From NCBI GenBank assembly GCA_964568665.1, contig CAZMPY010000005.1:128742-192741 (forward strand): a stretch of DNA of 64,000 nucleotides, given 5' to 3'. Each line of letters begins with the position of its first letter. The stretch's first letter is position 1. A model generated the notes under the pieces. The model had not been told where the DNA came from and made no database searches. It saw only the letters and a list, made by a program, of their open reading frames with translations. The translations under genes were made by a program, and so were the position numbers. The DNA comes from an uncultured Thermoplasmata archaeon. Its GTDB lineage: Archaea; Thermoplasmatota; Thermoplasmata; UBA10834. Of this stretch, positions 60,642 to 64,000 are shown piece by piece.

Positions 60642-61721
60642 GGCCGGATAGTCGATATCGGCATTCTCCTCGATGAAGCGCTTCACCGACGGGTCGTCGA
60701 ACATCCTCAGGGCCTTGTCCATCTTCTTGTCCGTCAGCGTGAGGAAGACCTTCCTCAGCCTGAACGCCCTGGATAGCTCCCGGCCGAACCCCTCGCGCCA
60801 GAGACCGTCGTAGCCCGCGAGCGAAGAAGGCTTGCCGGTCTCCTTGAACGACAGTACCGACTGGGCGCAGAGCTCGGCGCCCCGCACGCCCATGAAGACG
60901 CCCCCTCCCGACAGCGGCTTCGCGTGGCATGCGGCGTCCCCCACGAGCATGATCCTGCCCGCCTGCGCGCTCCTCCCCGAACCTAGCGGGATCTTCCCCG
61001 AAGAGGAGCCGACCTTCCTGCCGCCGGCGAACTCCTGGCGCCGGAGCAGGGACCTCAGGTAGATCGAAGGCGTGTGCTCCGACCGCCAGGTGCAGAGGCC
61101 GACCCTGACGACATCGCCGGCAGGGATGGCCCACGCGAAGAAACCCGGTGCCACCTTCGCGCCGATGTAGAGGTCCACGGTGTCAGGGTCTGGCTTCAGA
61201 CCGGCGAGGTCGACTTGGATGCCTGTGAGCATGTGCTTGGCAGGCGGCAGGCCGGCCGCCTCGCGGCAGATGGACTTGAACCCCTCTGCTCCGATCGCGA
61301 CCGCGGCCTGCACAGTCTCTTCGGCCCCCTGCCGTGAGACCACCGCATCCACCGCGTCGCCTCCGTCCCGGACCGATGTGACCTTCGCGTCTGTCAGCGT
61401 GGTCGCTCCTGCGGAAACAGCCTCGTCGAACAGGGCCTGGTCGAACGCCCCGCGGTCGATCACGCACGCACGCGTCTCCTTGGCCTCCAGCGCCAGCGTG
61501 AACCCGAGCGGGGAGTGTATCCGCGCACCTCTCACCCTCCCGATGATGCTCTTCCTGGCCGACGGCGGGATGCCGCGAGGGGTGACCAGGCCGGCGCACT
61601 GGACCGGCCTGCCGGGGCAGTGGTGCTCCTCCACGAGCAGCACATCGAGCTCCTTGGAGAGCATCCTGGCGACCGTCGAGCCGGCAGGTCCGCCCCCTAC
61701 GACCAAGACATCGGTCCGCAC
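60564..61721 (-). CDS. geranylgeranyl reductase-family FAD-dependent oxidoreductase
   Basis: 385 aa. DVLVVGGGPAGS dinucleotide fold, CAGLV, MLVGDAACHAKPLSGGG. Confidence 0.75.
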   Translation of the reverse strand: MRTDVLVVGGGPAGSTVARMLSKELDVLLVEEHHCPGRPVQCAGLVTPRGIPPSARKSIIGRVRGARIHSPLGFTLALEAKETRACVIDRGAFDQALFDEAVSAGATTLTDAKVTSVRDGGDAVDAVVSRQGAEETVQAAVAIGAEGFKSICREAAGLPPAKHMLTGIQVDLAGLKPDPDTVDLYIGAKVAPGFFAWAIPAGDVVRVGLCTWRSEHTPSIYLRSLLRRQEFAGGRKVGSSSGKIPLGSGRSAQAGRIMLVGDAACHAKPLSGGGVFMGVRGAELCAQSVLSFKETGKPSSLAGYDGLWREGFGRELSRAFRLRKVFLTLTDKKMDKALRMFDDPSVKRFIEENADIDYPASLSSSVLKLAPKLAQFSPQLIESLF

Positions 61722-61939
61722 GCCTCTCAGAGAGCGATGGTGCCTATTTCAGGGTTGCCCAGGGCGATGACTGATGTCAGGCGATCCGCCAGTATCGCGC
61801 CGGCGACGATCATGTCGCCGTGAGGGCGGAAGGGGACCACGCCGGTCTGCTCGTTCCGAGCAGGGGGTTCGCTGACATCCTCGAGCCCGTGAAGAAAGGC
61901 TTCGACAGGTCCAGCACGGACGCCTACATGGGCTGAGGT

Positions 61940-62590
61940 CTAGAGCCCCTTCGGGACCTTCTCCCAGTCCTTCAGGAATTTCTGGATGCCCTCGTCCGTG
62001 AGGTTGTGCTTCAGCATCTTCTTCAGCACATCGTAGGGGATGGTCGCGACGTGCGCCCCCGCCAGGGCCGCCTCGGTGACATGCACCGGATGCCTGATGC
62101 TTGCGGCGATGACCTGCGTCTTGAACCCGTACGTGCGGTAGATCGTCACTATGTCCCTGACCAGGTCCATGCCGTTGTGGCTGATGTCGTCAAGGCGGCC
62201 GATGAACGGCGAGGCGTATGTCGCTCCGGCCTTGGCCGCAAGCAGCGCCTGGTTCGGCGAGAACACGAGCGTGACGTTGGTCTTGACGCCCTCGGCCGAC
62301 AGGACCTTGACCGCCTTGAGCCCCTCGGATGTCATCGGGATCTTGACGACCACGTTCCTGTGGAGCTTGGCCAGCTCCCTGGCCTCGCGGACCATGCCGG
62401 CGGAGTCCATCGAAACGGCCTCCGCACTGATCGGGCCGTCCACGATCGCGCATATCTCGTTGATCCTGGTCTTGAAGTCGCAGCCCTCCTTCGCGACGAG
62501 GGTCGGGTTGGTCGTGACGCCGTCAAGGATCCCCCAGCTGTTGACCTCCCTGATCTGCTCGACATTGGCCGTGTCTATGAATATCCTCAT
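61940..62590 (-). CDS. tal: transaldolase / fructose-6-phosphate aldolase (short type)
   Basis: 216 aa. [15 protein letters not shown]...[15 protein letters not shown] (Schiff-base Lys), [10 protein letters not shown]. Confidence 0.9.
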   Translation of the reverse strand: MRIFIDTANVEQIREVNSWGILDGVTTNPTLVAKEGCDFKTRINEICAIVDGPISAEAVSMDSAGMVREARELAKLHRNVVVKIPMTSEGLKAVKVLSAEGVKTNVTLVFSPNQALLAAKAGATYASPFIGRLDDISHNGMDLVRDIVTIYRTYGFKTQVIAASIRHPVHVTEAALAGAHVATIPYDVLKKMLKHNLTDEGIQKFLKDWEKVPKGL

Positions 62591-62605
62591 GCCATGACCT
62601 CCCGT

Positions 62606-63550
62606 TCACTTCTTCCTGCGGAGCACATCGTGCGCCGCCTCCACGATGTTGTCACTCGTCAGACCGTACTTGGCCATCAGCTCGTCGCAGCAACCGGATT
62701 CGCCGAACACATCCGGTATGCCCACGCGCTTCATCGGCACATGGAAGTTCTCGACCAGACACATGGCGACCGCGCTGCCCATGCCCATCATGACCGAGTG
62801 CTCCTCGGCGGTCACGACGCCCCCGGTCTCCCGCGCGGCCTTGACCAGGGTCTTCTCGTCCAGGGGTTTTATCGTGTGCAGGTTGACCACCCTGGCGTCC
62901 ACCCCGTGCTTGGCCAGCTCCTCGGCCGCCTCGAGGCACTTCGACACCATGATCCCGCATCCTATGAGCGTGACGTCATTCCCGTCGCGCATGACCTGGG
63001 CGTTGTTGAGCTCGAACTGGTCCGTCTCCTTCGTGACCGTCGGCACATCCGCCCGGCCTACGCGCACATAGACCGGCCCAGGCATCTTCGACACGGCCTT
63101 GACTACCCTGTAAGTCTCGGGGGCGTCGACCGGCACGATGACGGTCATGTTGGGCAGCACCCGCATGAGCGCGATGTCCTCGATGATCTGGTGCGACGCG
63201 CCGTCCCCGCCGACGGTGATGCCCGCATGCGTCGCGACGATCTTGATGTTGAGCTTGGGATAGGCGATCGACTGCCGTATCTGGTCGTAGCACCTGCCGG
63301 TCCCGAAGACCGCGAAGGTGGACGCGAAGACCGTCTTCCCCGATGCCGCCAACCCTGCGGCCGTGTCCATCATGTTCTGCTCCGCGATGCCCACGTTGAA
63401 GAACCGTTCAGGGAACGCGGCGGCGAAGTCCGCGGTCCTGGTGGAGGTCGACAGGTCCGCGTCGAGCACGACGATGTCTCCGCGCTCCTTCCCGAGCTCG
63501 ACCAGCGCGCGCCCGTACTGCTTCCTCTGGCTCTCGATCTTCCACTTCAT
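62606..63550 (-). CDS. transketolase, C-terminal subunit
   Basis: 314 aa. GRALVELGKERGDIVVLDADLSTST, FFNVGIAEQNM, THAGITVGGDGASHQ. Confidence 0.9.
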   Translation of the reverse strand: MKWKIESQRKQYGRALVELGKERGDIVVLDADLSTSTRTADFAAAFPERFFNVGIAEQNMMDTAAGLAASGKTVFASTFAVFGTGRCYDQIRQSIAYPKLNIKIVATHAGITVGGDGASHQIIEDIALMRVLPNMTVIVPVDAPETYRVVKAVSKMPGPVYVRVGRADVPTVTKETDQFELNNAQVMRDGNDVTLIGCGIMVSKCLEAAEELAKHGVDARVVNLHTIKPLDEKTLVKAARETGGVVTAEEHSVMMGMGSAVAMCLVENFHVPMKRVGIPDVFGESGCCDELMAKYGLTSDNIVEAAHDVLRRKK

Positions 63551-63551
63551 C

Positions 63552-64000
63552 TCAGGGACCCCCCAGCTCCTTCATGGCCTGGACGTACTCTTCATCGCTC
63601 GGGGCCTTGCCGTGGAAGTGCAGGCTCCCCTCCATGTAGCTGACGCCCTTGCCCTTGATCGTGTGACATATGATGATGGTCGGGCGGCCCTTGACACCCT
63701 TCGCCTCGTTCGTCGCCTGGATGATCTCCTTCATGTTGTGCCCGTTGATCTCGATCACGTGCCACCCGAAGGCCTTCCACTTGTCGGCGAGGGGCTCGAG
63801 CGACATGATTTTCTCCGTTGGACCGTCCAGCTGCAGCTTGTTCCGGTCGATGTAGGCCGTGACGTTGTCCAGCTTGAAGTGCGATGCCAGCATCGCGGCC
63901 TCCCAGGTCTCGCCGACGTCCATCTCGCCGTCCCCGCACAGGACATAGATCCTGTGCAGCTTCCGGTCGAGCTTCGCGGCGAGGGCCATCCCGTTCCCGG
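63552..64000 (-). CDS. transketolase, N-terminal subunit (partial, continues beyond the window)
   Basis: Frame is open to the window edge. GNGMALAAKLD..., YVLCGDGEMDVGETWEA TPP motif, IDRNKLQLDGPT, HTIKGKGVSYMEG. Confidence 0.85.
   Translation of the reverse strand, partial: GNGMALAAKLDRKLHRIYVLCGDGEMDVGETWEAAMLASHFKLDNVTAYIDRNKLQLDGPTEKIMSLEPLADKWKAFGWHVIEINGHNMKEIIQATNEAKGVKGRPTIIICHTIKGKGVSYMEGSLHFHGKAPSDEEYVQAMKELGGP

Noticed and set aside
61940-61942. TAG decoded as pyrrolysine (which would explain the open frame after the transaldolase stop)
   Set aside because: TAG is used as an ordinary stop by several well-delimited genes here (for example 6547, 24276, 32164, 38933). No pyl genes or methylamine methyltransferases are in the window.
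62006-63643. 545-aa plus-strand ORF
   Set aside because: Antisense shadow spanning the transaldolase and transketolase genes. No motifs. It would have to overlap three well-supported genes.

Overview
GC-rich, tightly packed archaeal chromosomal segment. Archaeal hallmarks seen: aIF-1A, ribosomal proteins L15e and L21e, RNA polymerase subunit Rpo4/F, Pus10, family-B DNA polymerase, split transketolase, RIO kinase plus KH/Dim2-like pair, a PEF-CTERM-like sorting signal, and several TATA-to-start spacings that imply leaderless mRNAs. I call 68 protein-coding genes (one tiny and tentative, one cut by the right edge) and one tRNA-Glu(UUC). I saw no rRNA, CRISPR array, transposase or integrase. Layout: 1-12.9 kb holds an aldo/keto reductase, two surface proteins, a five-gene peptide-type ABC importer and an MFS pump. 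12.9-20 kb is a 14-gene same-strand cluster: DUF134, an HTH_10 regulator, DsrE-like, Mrp/NBP35, DUF5320, three Cys4 mini-proteins, three NifX-like proteins, an IscU-like scaffold and two MinD-type ATPases with ferredoxin inserts. 20-25 kb holds msrB/msrA, a clostripain-PKD-PEF-CTERM surface protease, a roughly 900-bp non-coding island and a C45-type hydrolase. 25-32 kb holds an ATP-cone protein, TauE, tungsten-type aldehyde:ferredoxin oxidoreductase, an ABC-2 exporter whose permease carries three PKD domains, and a fourth NifX-like gene. 32-38 kb is a semialdehyde dehydrogenase / two class-III aminotransferases / hemerythrin block. 38-64 kb is mostly information-processing and central-metabolism housekeeping (ThiI-like, L15e, PolB, YchF, KsgA, DUF655, Rpo4, L21e, Pus10, KH, Rio, aIF-1A, ArgG/H, Prx, Trm5, geranylgeranyl reductase, transaldolase, transketolase). 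The best candidate for an undescribed system is the 12.9-20 kb cluster. It reads as a self-contained metallocluster assembly and delivery line with its own regulators and no nitrogenase genes. A possible satellite module lies at 27-32 kb (AOR, PKD-decorated ABC exporter, fourth NifX-like). All family calls come from reading motifs by eye; no database search was run.
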